Shown: in pieces, positions 1 through 8,652 of the stretch
How positions within the stretch are numbered: the stretch's first letter is position 1
Layout of the letters: the number at the start of each line of letters is the position of its first letter
DNA from: an uncultured Victivallales bacterium
GTDB lineage: Bacteria > Verrucomicrobiota > Kiritimatiellia > UBA8416
Reading direction: 5' to 3'
Assembly: GCA_964523995.1 (NCBI GenBank)
Contig: CAZGBW010000002.1
Coordinates: forward strand, 1 to 33,510
DNA: 33,510 nucleotides
Notes under the pieces: model-generated
The model's input: only the letters and a program-made list of their open reading frames with translations
Databases searched by the model: none
Told to the model about the DNA's origin: nothing
Program-made: the position numbers and the translations under genes

Positions 1-42
1 ATGATTCTGCCAACCATGATTCTGCCGTTCTCAAGTCCCCTG

Positions 43-633
43 CTATGATTCTGCCGCCATCGTTTCCTGAATACAGTTCCGGGTTCTGAGAATCCGGGCG
101 GGATTGCCGCCCACCACTTGACGGGCTGGCACATCGTGCATCACCACGGCGCGGACGCCAGCGACAGCATCGGTTCCCACCGTGACGCCGAGGTGGACAT
201 ACACCTCGGCACACACCCAGGCACCGTCGCCAATGTGTATGGGCGCCGTGATGAGCGGCATGTGGGGGTGATCAATCTCATGACTGGCGGTACAAAGGAA
301 GGCCCGCTGGCTCACCGTGGCATGGGCACCGATCGCGATGCGATCCACACAGTACAGGTCCACCCCGTGACTGACCGTCGCCTGTTCACCGAGCACCAGA
401 TTCCAGGGGGCCCAGATCCGGACGGAGGGCATCACCTGCACCCCGCGTCCTACGCGCGCCCCGAAGAGCCGCAGCAGCAGGCGGCGGGGCAGGTGCCAGA
501 ACCAGGGGGAAGGGCGGAACAAGAGCAGCCATGCTGCCTGCCAGAGCAGGCGGGCCGCCTTGTTGGCGAAGGTGTGCGGGCTCGGACACGCTCCCCGATC
601 CGTCCGCACCGCCGATTTCTTGTCATCACTCAT
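43..633 (-). CDS. Hexapeptide-repeat (left-handed beta-helix) O-acetyltransferase, WcaF/colanic-acid type
   Basis: 196-aa ORF with ATG at 633. It has a hydrophobic N-terminal segment followed by hexapeptide-repeat stretches (IGAHATV, IGDGAWV, VGTDAVAGVRAVV, GGNPARIL) typical of polysaccharide acetyltransferases. Confidence 0.8.
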   Translation of the reverse strand: MSDDKKSAVRTDRGACPSPHTFANKAARLLWQAAWLLLFRPSPWFWHLPRRLLLRLFGARVGRGVQVMPSVRIWAPWNLVLGEQATVSHGVDLYCVDRIAIGAHATVSQRAFLCTASHEIDHPHMPLITAPIHIGDGAWVCAEVYVHLGVTVGTDAVAGVRAVVMHDVPARQVVGGNPARILRTRNCIQETMAAES

Positions 634-668
634 TTGACCACCTTACGAAAAAAACTGAAATCGGAGAC

Positions 669-796
669 AACCGCGAATTTGGCGAATGATACGAATTAAG
701 ACAGGACCCAGAAGACAGAAATTCACAGAAAAACAACGAAGATCTGTAATGGTTATGCATCAATCTCAATTCGCTAAATTCGCCAAATTCGCGGTT
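669..796. mobile_element. MITE-like AT-rich element, copy 1 (128 bp, no ORF)
   Basis: Perfect 19-bp terminal inverted repeats: AACCGCGAATTTGGCGAAT at 669-687 and ATTCGCCAAATTCGCGGTT at 778-796. The interior is AT-rich, contains a CGAATTAAGACAGG box and sits in a GC-rich context. The last two bases overlap the TAA stop (795-797) of the adjacent GT4 gene. Confidence 0.65.
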
Positions 797-1865
797 ATCC
801 TTGTCTCATAGTCAGGTTTTTTCCATACCACGCGGTCAAAGCATCCGAGAACCGCTGCATGGTGAATCCGCCAGCATGCCTTTGCCCCTTTACCACCAAT
901 CTCTCGCGCAGGCCAGCATCTGTGAATAACGCCCGGCAGTGACGGGCCAGCGCGTCAGGATTACCGGCAGGTGCCAGCAGCGCCGCCCCGCCCGCCACCT
1001 CCGGCAGGGATCCGCCATCCGAGCAGACCACCGGACAGCCAGCGGTCATCGCCTCCAGGATCGGCATTCCGAACCCCTCATACAGGCTGGGGAAGAGGAA
1101 GACGGAGGCGTTTCGATACAGGGCTCCGAGTTCGGCATCGGACACGTCTACCCGGAAAGACACCCGCTGGAGCCCCTGTGCACGCCTCCGCAGGATGGTT
1201 CCCGGCTCGGGACCGGCCATGACCAGATGCAGGTCCGCCACATCCTGAAGACGCGCGAACACATCCAGTACTCCGGAACGATTCTTGTAAAGCGCATTGT
1301 TGCCGACATGCAGAAGATAGCGGGCCGGAAGGCCGGAAGGCACATCCGCCGCGCCGCTGGCCAGAGGCCGGACGGCGTGGGGGATGACCACTCCGTCGGA
1401 ACGTCCCGTCAGCCGTTCCAGGTCGCAACGCGTATGCGCGGAAACGGTGGCCATGCCTGCCACCTCCGCCAGTGCGGCGGCGGTACGCCGGATCAGGCGG
1501 ACGGCAGGCCGACTGGGGGTTCCCGGCAGATGGCCCTCCTGTTGCAGCATCGGGATCAGGTCATGCACGGTCACCACCGTCCGCCCGCGAAATGCAGACG
1601 GCACGAAAGCGCACATGGACCCATCCAGAAGATGATAGAGGTCGGCGGGAACCGCCGACAGGATCCGCCGCGCGTGCATGATCCGCCACAGGTGCTGGAA
1701 CCACATCGAGCATCCCGCGTGCAAGGGGAACAGGTCGCAGCAGCGCACCTCGAACGGCGGATCCTCCGCGTCGGCCAACGCCTGCTGCACGAGGTTCGCG
1801 TAGGCAGACATGCTGCCGGGGGCCTGCGGCGGACTGGTCCGGATAAGTGCTAGCACCGGTTTCAT
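795..1865 (-). CDS. Glycosyltransferase family 4 (GT-B fold)
   Basis: 356-aa ORF with ATG at 1865 in an ATGA overlap with the upstream gene's stop. It has the C-terminal GT4 signature FLFPSLYEGFGMPILEAMTAGCPVVCS. Confidence 0.85.
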   Translation of the reverse strand: MKPVLALIRTSPPQAPGSMSAYANLVQQALADAEDPPFEVRCCDLFPLHAGCSMWFQHLWRIMHARRILSAVPADLYHLLDGSMCAFVPSAFRGRTVVTVHDLIPMLQQEGHLPGTPSRPAVRLIRRTAAALAEVAGMATVSAHTRCDLERLTGRSDGVVIPHAVRPLASGAADVPSGLPARYLLHVGNNALYKNRSGVLDVFARLQDVADLHLVMAGPEPGTILRRRAQGLQRVSFRVDVSDAELGALYRNASVFLFPSLYEGFGMPILEAMTAGCPVVCSDGGSLPEVAGGAALLAPAGNPDALARHCRALFTDAGLRERLVVKGQRHAGGFTMQRFSDALTAWYGKNLTMRQG

Positions 1866-3220
1866 GCGGGCTCCTGTTCATTTTCCGCCGCCGCTGGATT
1901 TCCTCCGGAGAGCAGCGCTCCCGCCAGCATGGCCAGGAAGAGCGCCACGAACGGGTCACCGTAGATCTGTGCAGACACGACGGCGGAGGCAAGGTTCGCC
2001 ATCAGGATCGAGAACAGGCCGCCAAACAGGTACACACTACCCGTCCGGGCGTTCTTGCGCACCACTTCATAAGCGGTGCGCAGATAGACAAACCCCAGCA
2101 CCAGGAACAGGACCGATCCCGGCACGCCAAGTTCCGCCACAAGCTTGCTCGGTCCGCTTTCCTGCCAAAGGCGCGGTTTTTCAGCCTGGATATTGTGAAC
2201 ACCCTGCTGGGACATTCCCAGGCCGTAGCCCCAGAATCCGGCCTGCTGCACGGTGCCGATCACAGAATAGACACCGTGCCGGGCAATCTGTTCATCCCAT
2301 TCATCCAGCACGGTCATATAGAAGCCGCCGACGGGATCTTTCCGGAAAACCGCATCCGCGATATGCCAGCCGATCCCCAGGAGCAACAGGACGACTCCCA
2401 GCATCGAGGCGAAGCGGCGGGCGCTCTGGAACCGGAATATCAGCAGCAGATAGGTTCCAAGGAAGACCGGGATCATCGACAGCATTTTCCGGCGGCCGCA
2501 AAGCCAGAGACTCAGAACACCCCAGATCCCGACGGCAATCCAGAACCACCGCATTCGGCCCCGGCTGCGCATCGCCATGATCACCGAGAACATGAACACC
2601 ATCACCGCATGCCAGCCCATCACATCCGGTCCGCGGAAAAACCCCGAGAGCATATACACGGCATCGCCCATCCGATGCGTCACCCAGACGTTTCCAAACA
2701 CAGCAGTTCCTACCGCCTTCCACCGCTCCCCCCACCCCATGTATTCCAGAGGGCCGCCGATCAGGAGGACCGCCGCGCAAAGGCAATAGAACGCCAGCAA
2801 GGCGACCAGCGCATGACGCCGCTCCGGGAGTGCCCATCCCGCCACGATCATCAGGAAGGTAGCGGCATAGACCAACGCACCCAGCAGCGTGATCCGCCAC
2901 GAATGGGTCCCGTACGTCAAGGACAGTGCCGCCGGAATGACCAGATAGAGCGCAAAGACACGGGTCCACCGCGCCAATTGCGGGAAGTTGTTGTGGAAAC
3001 ACTTGAGGCGCTGGTGACGTTCCGCCAGTGCGACGGCCGCCGCCATCAGCCAGATCGGCATGGAGGCCATGGTCAGGAAGACCGGCGTGCCCGGCATGAG
3101 TTTACGTAGCGGATCCAGGATCAAGCCAACCAGGATCGCCGCCGCGATCCCGCAGCGCCAATCCCTGTACGCCAGCACGCAGCCGGCAACGATAACAGCA
3201 GCGACCATTACCATCAGCAT
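1862..3220 (-). CDS. Wzy_C/O-antigen-ligase-family integral membrane protein (candidate polymerase)
   Basis: 452-aa polytopic hydrophobic ORF. The periplasmic-loop motif GYGLGMSQQGVHN...LVAELGVPG resembles the G-x-G-x-G...H-N...E-x-G-x-x-G signature of O-antigen ligase/polymerase proteins. The start could be ATG 3220 or ATG 3214, the latter in a TGATG overlap. Confidence 0.6.
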   Translation of the reverse strand: MLMVMVAAVIVAGCVLAYRDWRCGIAAAILVGLILDPLRKLMPGTPVFLTMASMPIWLMAAAVALAERHQRLKCFHNNFPQLARWTRVFALYLVIPAALSLTYGTHSWRITLLGALVYAATFLMIVAGWALPERRHALVALLAFYCLCAAVLLIGGPLEYMGWGERWKAVGTAVFGNVWVTHRMGDAVYMLSGFFRGPDVMGWHAVMVFMFSVIMAMRSRGRMRWFWIAVGIWGVLSLWLCGRRKMLSMIPVFLGTYLLLIFRFQSARRFASMLGVVLLLLGIGWHIADAVFRKDPVGGFYMTVLDEWDEQIARHGVYSVIGTVQQAGFWGYGLGMSQQGVHNIQAEKPRLWQESGPSKLVAELGVPGSVLFLVLGFVYLRTAYEVVRKNARTGSVYLFGGLFSILMANLASAVVSAQIYGDPFVALFLAMLAGALLSGGNPAAAENEQEPA

Positions 3221-4401
3221 GCCTGGCCCTCCCGTGCCGGATTCCTATGATGCAGCGCCTCCCGAATTCCTTCAACCGCCTTCGCCAGACCGTGACCCTG
3301 GATATGCCGGGCGGCATTGATCCCATGCCGCGCCGCCATGGCAGGGTCATGGATATACAGGTTCATCAGCGCCGCGAGGCGGCATCCGTCATGCAGATCA
3401 AACGCATACCCGGTTTCGCCATCCATGACAAGATCCCGGCAGCAGCCGGCGGAACGCGACACGATGGCCGGCCGGCCCGAGGCCATGGCCTCGTTCACCA
3501 CCAGGCCCCAGGTCTCCCCCGCATCCGAGGGAAGCACAAGGACATCGGCGGCGGCGTAGGCGTCCGGGAGCGCGGACTGATTCAGGAATCCGGTGAACCG
3601 GACCGGCAGATGCTGTGCCGTGGCAAAGGCTTCACATTCGGCGCGCAGGGGGCCATCGCCGACCATGAGAAGACATGCATCGGAAGGAGGATGCAGGGAG
3701 GCGAGTGCCTTTAACACGTCCATCGGATTCTTTTTCGCCTCCAGCTTGCCGACGAACAGGAAGACGACGGCGCCGGATGCAATGCCGAAACGCTCGCGCA
3801 GCGCTGGCCGCTGTTCGCTGCGCGTCGCGGCCTCCGCCGCGAACCAGTCGTTATCCACGGCGTAAGGCACAAGGAAGATCCGGTTATCGGGACAGTGGTG
3901 ATAACGGTAGAAGGCACGATTGGCGGACCCGATGGCCAGATAGGCGCTGTACTGCGACAGCAGCACCCGATGGAGCACATGCTTCCACCAGGCGCGCGGA
4001 CGCAGCAGGTTGGCCTCCCCGCGCACCATGCAGGGGATTCCAAGCCGGCGACAGGCCCAAAGGGCTTGCAGGCAGGTTTTCACCACCCAGCCGTTCACCA
4101 GCACCGCATCGGGCTTCTCCCGCTTCAGGAAATCATATAATTCCGGCGTATCGCAGCCGCTGAACCGGTTGACGGATGGATTGCGGGCGACATTGTCCAG
4201 GACCGTATACGCGTAGTCCTCGAGCAGCGGGATATCCCAGGAGAACGACACGCCAAACCCTGCCCCTTGCTGGGCGGCGTCCGGGATCATGGCATACACG
4301 ACACGGACGTCCAGTCCCGGTACCAGCGCCAGCCGCCGGAACAACGGGACCTTGTACTGGATCGGATGTGTTTCGACCGCTACCAGCTTATACGTCACCA
4401 A
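3214..4401 (-). CDS. Glycosyltransferase family 4
   Basis: 395-aa ORF with the signature VLVLPSDAGETWGLVVNEAMASGRPAIVS (E-x7-E type). The start is TTG 4401 or GTG 4398, so it is uncertain by one codon. Confidence 0.85.
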   Translation of the reverse strand: MVTYKLVAVETHPIQYKVPLFRRLALVPGLDVRVVYAMIPDAAQQGAGFGVSFSWDIPLLEDYAYTVLDNVARNPSVNRFSGCDTPELYDFLKREKPDAVLVNGWVVKTCLQALWACRRLGIPCMVRGEANLLRPRAWWKHVLHRVLLSQYSAYLAIGSANRAFYRYHHCPDNRIFLVPYAVDNDWFAAEAATRSEQRPALRERFGIASGAVVFLFVGKLEAKKNPMDVLKALASLHPPSDACLLMVGDGPLRAECEAFATAQHLPVRFTGFLNQSALPDAYAAADVLVLPSDAGETWGLVVNEAMASGRPAIVSRSAGCCRDLVMDGETGYAFDLHDGCRLAALMNLYIHDPAMAARHGINAARHIQGHGLAKAVEGIREALHHRNPAREGQAC

Positions 4402-4431
4402 AGAACTCCTCCAAATGCGAAATATTGAGAG

Positions 4432-4546
4432 AACCGCGAATTATACGAATTAGGCGAATTAAGAAAGGAACCGCAGAATACACCGAAAATAATTCTGGAT
4501 CAATTTTAGAACTTCTGAATTCGCTCAATTCGCCAAATTCGCGGTT
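4432..4546. mobile_element. MITE-like AT-rich element, copy 2 (115 bp, no ORF)
   Basis: The right TIR ATTCGCCAAATTCGCGGTT (4528-4546) is identical to copy 1. The left end AACCGCGAATTATACGAAT (4432-4450) differs from the consensus at 3 of 19 positions. It contains the same GCGAATTAAGAAAGG box and fills the gap between two glycosyltransferase genes. Confidence 0.6.
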
Positions 4547-4597
4547 AACATCTCTCCACTCCAGAGTTTTTCTCCTCTACCTTTCTGGTCACGAGGA

Positions 4598-6538
4598 TCA
4601 TGGACTTCCTTTTTCAATCACCAGGGTACCGGTTCGCACAAAGAAGGACCGGCACCAACCAGGATGCGAGAGGATTCTGTCACCCCTGGAACGGAACCAC
4701 AATATGGCGTCGAAGGGATCCAGGTGATGCCGGGCATCGGCATCAATGACGTTGTATTCAGAGTAATTCGGCGTCAAGGGTCGACTGTATAAACGGTGCG
4801 GTTGTCTTCGCATCACGTAGTTCATCAGGTGAACGAGGCGGCGGGGAAAGACCGAACAGGCGCGAACCGCCACGGAGTTACGCAGCGGAATCAACGCTTT
4901 TTGAAGCCGGTCGCGCAGGGAGAGACCACACCAGGGTTTCCAGGCGTATTCACGGCCAGCCCACGGCCGGCATTGCCAGGCGGGCGACAGGAACAGGATA
5001 CCCCCGGTTCTGAGAACGCGCCGCATTTCCGAAAGCGCCTGTTCCGGGCTCTCGACATGCTCCAGTACGGCATAACTCCAGAGCCCGTCGAAAACACCAT
5101 CCTCGAAAGGCAATGCTTCGGCCGGCGCGCCATGGAATGGCTTGTGCATGAACGCGGAAATGGTGGCGGCGACATCCACACCGGTGTAATCCGCGACGAC
5201 ATCCTGCAGCAGGCCGCGGCCACAGCCAACGTCGAGCCATTTGCCATTCCGGCGGCCGTACCGCTTCAGAAGCCCGTTGAGTTCGGTGTAGAACGGATGC
5301 ATCGCCGGCTCCGCATAAGCGGCATACCGGCTGCCGGAATACTGCGAGTCGTAATACGCCTTGGCGTCATCACCGGTCGATCGCGGCATGGAACCTGTCG
5401 AGTAGAGCCGGACCGCCATCCGGAGTGCGCGCAACTCGCCGACGAACTTGACCGGGACCCACCAGGGATGCCGCAGATGAAACCGCGTGAGCACTTCCCG
5501 GAACGGGCGGCGCAGCATGTACCCAACACGATCCAGCCCCTTTCCGCAACAAAGCGCATAATAGTAGTCGCCGACCCCGTGCAGGGGCGACGCACTGGTC
5601 AGGTGCGACCCCAGCGACCGGGTTCCGCCTGTTCCGGCACGCAAGTGACGGACCAACGCTGACGGCTCAAACCGGATCCGTCCGCCCGCCGCGATCAGCC
5701 GCCTGGCGAATTCCGTCTCAAAGCGATAGGAAACCGGGGGGATGAAATTCGCATCGAACCCGCCAACCGCCAGGAACCGCTCCCGGCGCACGGACAGATT
5801 CCCTGCCATCACATTCCCGATCCACGCCGACTCGGTCCCGTTGAAGGCAAAATCCAAATCCCGTCCCAGCGCGCTGGACGAGCAGGTGGAGAATGGCAAC
5901 CGCGGAAAACGCGGAATACACAGAAAAGAATATTTCAACCGCGAATTTTTCGAATTATGCGAATTATATCTGTCCTCCGCCCTCTGTCCTCCGGCATCTG
6001 TCTTCAGTCCTCTGCCTTCTGTCTCCTGACTTCCGCCTTCCGTCTCACATTCTGTGTATTTCTGTGTATTCTGTGGTTCCTCTCTCCATTCGCTGAATTC
6101 GCCAAATTCGCGGTTATCTCTCTCCTGTCTGCCGTCTGCCGCCTGCCGTCTGCAGTCTTCGGGTTGCACCACCCGACCGGCAACCGCCCAGGCCTCGGGA
6201 TGCCGTTGATACGCCTGGAGATGCCGGACCATCAAATCCGGACACGGTATGATATCATCATCCAGGAAGAGGACCATTTCTCCCCGTGCCGCCTGGAGCC
6301 CTGCATTCATGGCCACGGGAATGGAGGGACGGGGAAGCCGGATCCTCCGGATTTTCCCGGCGTCCTCCAATACCTGAAGCGCGTGCGACACCGGCTCCGG
6401 ATGCTGCTCCGTCTGGTCCGCGATCAGGATCTCTGCCGGGGGATCCGCCAGCTCCAGCAGGCTGCGGACCGTCTGTAGCAGGACCTCCCCGCGCCGATAA
6501 GAGGGAATCACCACCGATATGTTCAACGATGTATTCAT
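4598..6538 (-). CDS. Bifunctional GT2 glycosyltransferase / class-I SAM methyltransferase, carrying an in-frame repeat-element insertion
   Basis: I chose ATG 6538 (ATGA overlap with the upstream stop) rather than the track start at 6673. GT2 motifs are ISVVIPSYRRGE and FLDDDIIP. The methyltransferase motif I is WLDVGCGRG, followed by LEHVESPEQALSEMRRVLRTGGILF. About 95 codons (roughly 5873-6157) are low-GC repeat-element sequence that stays open in frame. Confidence 0.7.
   Translation of the reverse strand: MNTSLNISVVIPSYRRGEVLLQTVRSLLELADPPAEILIADQTEQHPEPVSHALQVLEDAGKIRRIRLPRPSIPVAMNAGLQAARGEMVLFLDDDIIPCPDLMVRHLQAYQRHPEAWAVAGRVVQPEDCRRQAADGRQERDNREFGEFSEWREEPQNTQKYTECETEGGSQETEGRGLKTDAGGQRAEDRYNSHNSKNSRLKYSFLCIPRFPRLPFSTCSSSALGRDLDFAFNGTESAWIGNVMAGNLSVRRERFLAVGGFDANFIPPVSYRFETEFARRLIAAGGRIRFEPSALVRHLRAGTGGTRSLGSHLTSASPLHGVGDYYYALCCGKGLDRVGYMLRRPFREVLTRFHLRHPWWVPVKFVGELRALRMAVRLYSTGSMPRSTGDDAKAYYDSQYSGSRYAAYAEPAMHPFYTELNGLLKRYGRRNGKWLDVGCGRGLLQDVVADYTGVDVAATISAFMHKPFHGAPAEALPFEDGVFDGLWSYAVLEHVESPEQALSEMRRVLRTGGILFLSPAWQCRPWAGREYAWKPWCGLSLRDRLQKALIPLRNSVAVRACSVFPRRLVHLMNYVMRRQPHRLYSRPLTPNYSEYNVIDADARHHLDPFDAILWFRSRGDRILSHPGWCRSFFVRTGTLVIEKGSP
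5937..6115. mobile_element. MITE-like element, copy 3 (179 bp), located inside the GT2-methyltransferase coding sequence
   Basis: The left end AACCGCGAATTTTTCGAAT (5937-5955) has 2 mismatches to the consensus. The right TIR ATTCGCCAAATTCGCGGTT (6097-6115) is perfect. The interior is a run of degenerate TCTGTC(C/T)TC-type repeats. On the minus strand the TIR is translated as NREFGEFSEW. Confidence 0.65.
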
Positions 6539-8652
6539 CCGGACATCACCGCCGCGTAAGCATTCCGGATGCCGGAGCGGGCTGCATCCGCCAGGCTGCC
6601 CAGGGTCGTCAAGGGCAGCGTCACGCCATCGACCTCCAGCAGCTTCCGGCTGCTTGCCGCCGGGTCCCGGCAAAGGTCGATCCGGCCAACCTGCAGTCCG
6701 GGATCAAGCCCCAGGTCCTTCCAAAGTTCAACACATTTACCCGAATAGGCGAGCGAGACAACCGGCGTGCCGGCAACGAATCCGAAAACATGCGAGTGAA
6801 ACCGGGCCGCCAGATATTTTCGGCAGGTCTGCAGGACGGCGATCACCCCCCGGTAATCGCGCGAATACGGAATGCGCCTGACGTTCAAATCCCCAAGCAC
6901 CGCATCGGCAAACATTGCATCCACCTCGCTGAACGGTATATTCAAGACCTCCCACCCCTGTGCAAGCGCCTGCCGGACCGTACGGCGCATGACTTCAATG
7001 TAAACCTCTCCAGCGGTCTCGATATGCTGCCGGAATTCCGGGTCCGCAACCACGGTTTTCATGGTGGCATCCGCCGCGAACACGCGGCGACGCTGTACAC
7101 TGAGATAAAAGGTCATCAGGCTGATCGCCATTCTGCGGGGCTGGCGTGATGCGACGGCCAGCGGGGCCGGCACATTGGTGAACAGGCAGAATGCCGGATC
7201 AGGATGGTAAGCGACATCCGGACGGGCCAGGACATTTCTCAACAGCGCCGCGCCTGATTTCGAGCGTACGGAAAGGTAGGCGGTTTTCCGAATGGCATCG
7301 AGAAGCGGCTGGGGGAAGCCGCCCACGTTGTAAACCGGATTGATGCCGCAGGCGGCCACCCGTTCCGGAGCGCCAGCGAGCTCAAACGCACGGGTGAAAT
7401 GCAAGGCATCGCCCAGTTCACCGCCGCCCATGATCAACGGGCCTGGCGACGTTCCTGCCGATGCGTAATCCGTGAGGCCCGGACGATGCGAACAGTCCCC
7501 GGCAGCGGACAGAAACATATTGCCCATCGTCCAGTCACCCAGGTTCCCGGAAAAGTATTCACCGGCAATCCGGATGTCACACCGCCGCAGGTGATTGATT
7601 CGAAGGTGCCATTGCCTGTGAACCCGCCGGACCACCGCGAACTTGAGATAAGCGCATGGATGCGCCAATGGCAGGGGAATCGTCGGCACCTGCCCGCGGG
7701 TTTCGTTGCCAATGGCAGTGCGGAAGCGCGCTTCCGCGAGCCGGGCCCGCGCCCGCACGGACCATGGTCGCCATGACAGCGCCTCCTTGAAGTAGTTCGC
7801 CGCACGTCGGGGATCCTGCCGCATCAGGCAAGCGCCGATGAAGCAGGTTCCGGCAAACGGATCCTGTACCGGTCTTCTTGAATTGCGAACCGCCAGGCAG
7901 AGGGATTCGGCCTCTGCCAGGATTGCCGATTCGGAAGCACCGGACTCCCGTGCCCGGCGGCCCGCAAGGATCAACCGGCGAAAGGCAGCCTGCGTATCGG
8001 CGGCATAGCCGGAGATGGACACCGGCGAGAAACAATAGACATACAGGATCTCCGGGATGGACACCACCGCCCCGCAAGCGGCCAGTCGCACTCGCAAGTC
8101 CAGATCCTGGGCATAGTAGAACGGCTGCCGGTATCCACCGGCGGCGATGTACGCCTGCCTTGAGAAAAACAGGGATCCATGCGGACCGGGATTCGCGCCG
8201 GACTCCAGGATCATCGCCCGGACGCCCTCGGGATCCGCAGGCGGCACCACTTGGAAAAGACGTTCATGAGCGGGGGTCCGGCATTCGGCACCGCAAGCCA
8301 CCAGCACAGGCGCATCGGCTTGACGCGCCCGATCCAACTGGGCGCGCAACCGGCCCGGCAATGATAGGTCATCGGCGTCCTGCCGGGCTATCCAGGGGGC
8401 CGAGGCCAGCGCGCAGCCGGTGATCAACGCGCAGGTCAGGCCTTCGTTGGCCTGATGCACGACGCGCAGGCGCGAGTCACGCCGGGCTTCCTCGTCGAGG
8501 ATCTGGCCGGAAGCATCCGTGGAGCCATCGTCAATGACGACAAACTCCAGATCCACCCCCTCCTGGGAAAGGATACTCGCCAAGGCGGCGGGAAGCGTGC
8601 CGGCATTATCATGAACGCTCATCACCACGGAGATTTCGGGCAGTGGCTTCAT
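6535..8652 (-). CDS. Bifunctional GT2 glycosyltransferase / polysaccharide pyruvyl transferase (CsaB/WcaK-like)
   Basis: ATG 8652 gives an ATGA overlap with the upstream stop. The 118-aa Gly/Ala/Arg-rich extension in the track is rejected. GT2 motifs are ISVVMSVHDNAGTLP, VVIDDGSTD and RQDADD. The C-terminal half carries pyruvyl-transferase-like motifs (GNLGDW..., ARFHSHVFGFVAGTPVVSLAYSGK). Confidence 0.7.
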   Translation of the reverse strand: MKPLPEISVVMSVHDNAGTLPAALASILSQEGVDLEFVVIDDGSTDASGQILDEEARRDSRLRVVHQANEGLTCALITGCALASAPWIARQDADDLSLPGRLRAQLDRARQADAPVLVACGAECRTPAHERLFQVVPPADPEGVRAMILESGANPGPHGSLFFSRQAYIAAGGYRQPFYYAQDLDLRVRLAACGAVVSIPEILYVYCFSPVSISGYAADTQAAFRRLILAGRRARESGASESAILAEAESLCLAVRNSRRPVQDPFAGTCFIGACLMRQDPRRAANYFKEALSWRPWSVRARARLAEARFRTAIGNETRGQVPTIPLPLAHPCAYLKFAVVRRVHRQWHLRINHLRRCDIRIAGEYFSGNLGDWTMGNMFLSAAGDCSHRPGLTDYASAGTSPGPLIMGGGELGDALHFTRAFELAGAPERVAACGINPVYNVGGFPQPLLDAIRKTAYLSVRSKSGAALLRNVLARPDVAYHPDPAFCLFTNVPAPLAVASRQPRRMAISLMTFYLSVQRRRVFAADATMKTVVADPEFRQHIETAGEVYIEVMRRTVRQALAQGWEVLNIPFSEVDAMFADAVLGDLNVRRIPYSRDYRGVIAVLQTCRKYLAARFHSHVFGFVAGTPVVSLAYSGKCVELWKDLGLDPGLQVGRIDLCRDPAASSRKLLEVDGVTLPLTTLGSLADAARSGIRNAYAAVMSG

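Noticed and set aside
1847-3109. 420-aa plus-strand ORF antisense to the Wzy-like gene. Similar cases are 8643-9689, 11840-12748, 23733-24854, 24983-26419 and 31416-32660.
   Set aside because: These have low-complexity Arg/His/Pro/Gln-rich translations and no motifs. Each is fully nested opposite a minus-strand ORF with strong family signatures.
5965-6060. CRISPR-like appearance of short direct repeats (TCTGTCCTCCGCC, TCTGTCTTCAGTCC, …)
   Set aside because: The repeats are degenerate, contiguous and 9-14 bp long, with no unique spacers of constant size and no cas genes. They form the interior of the TIR element.
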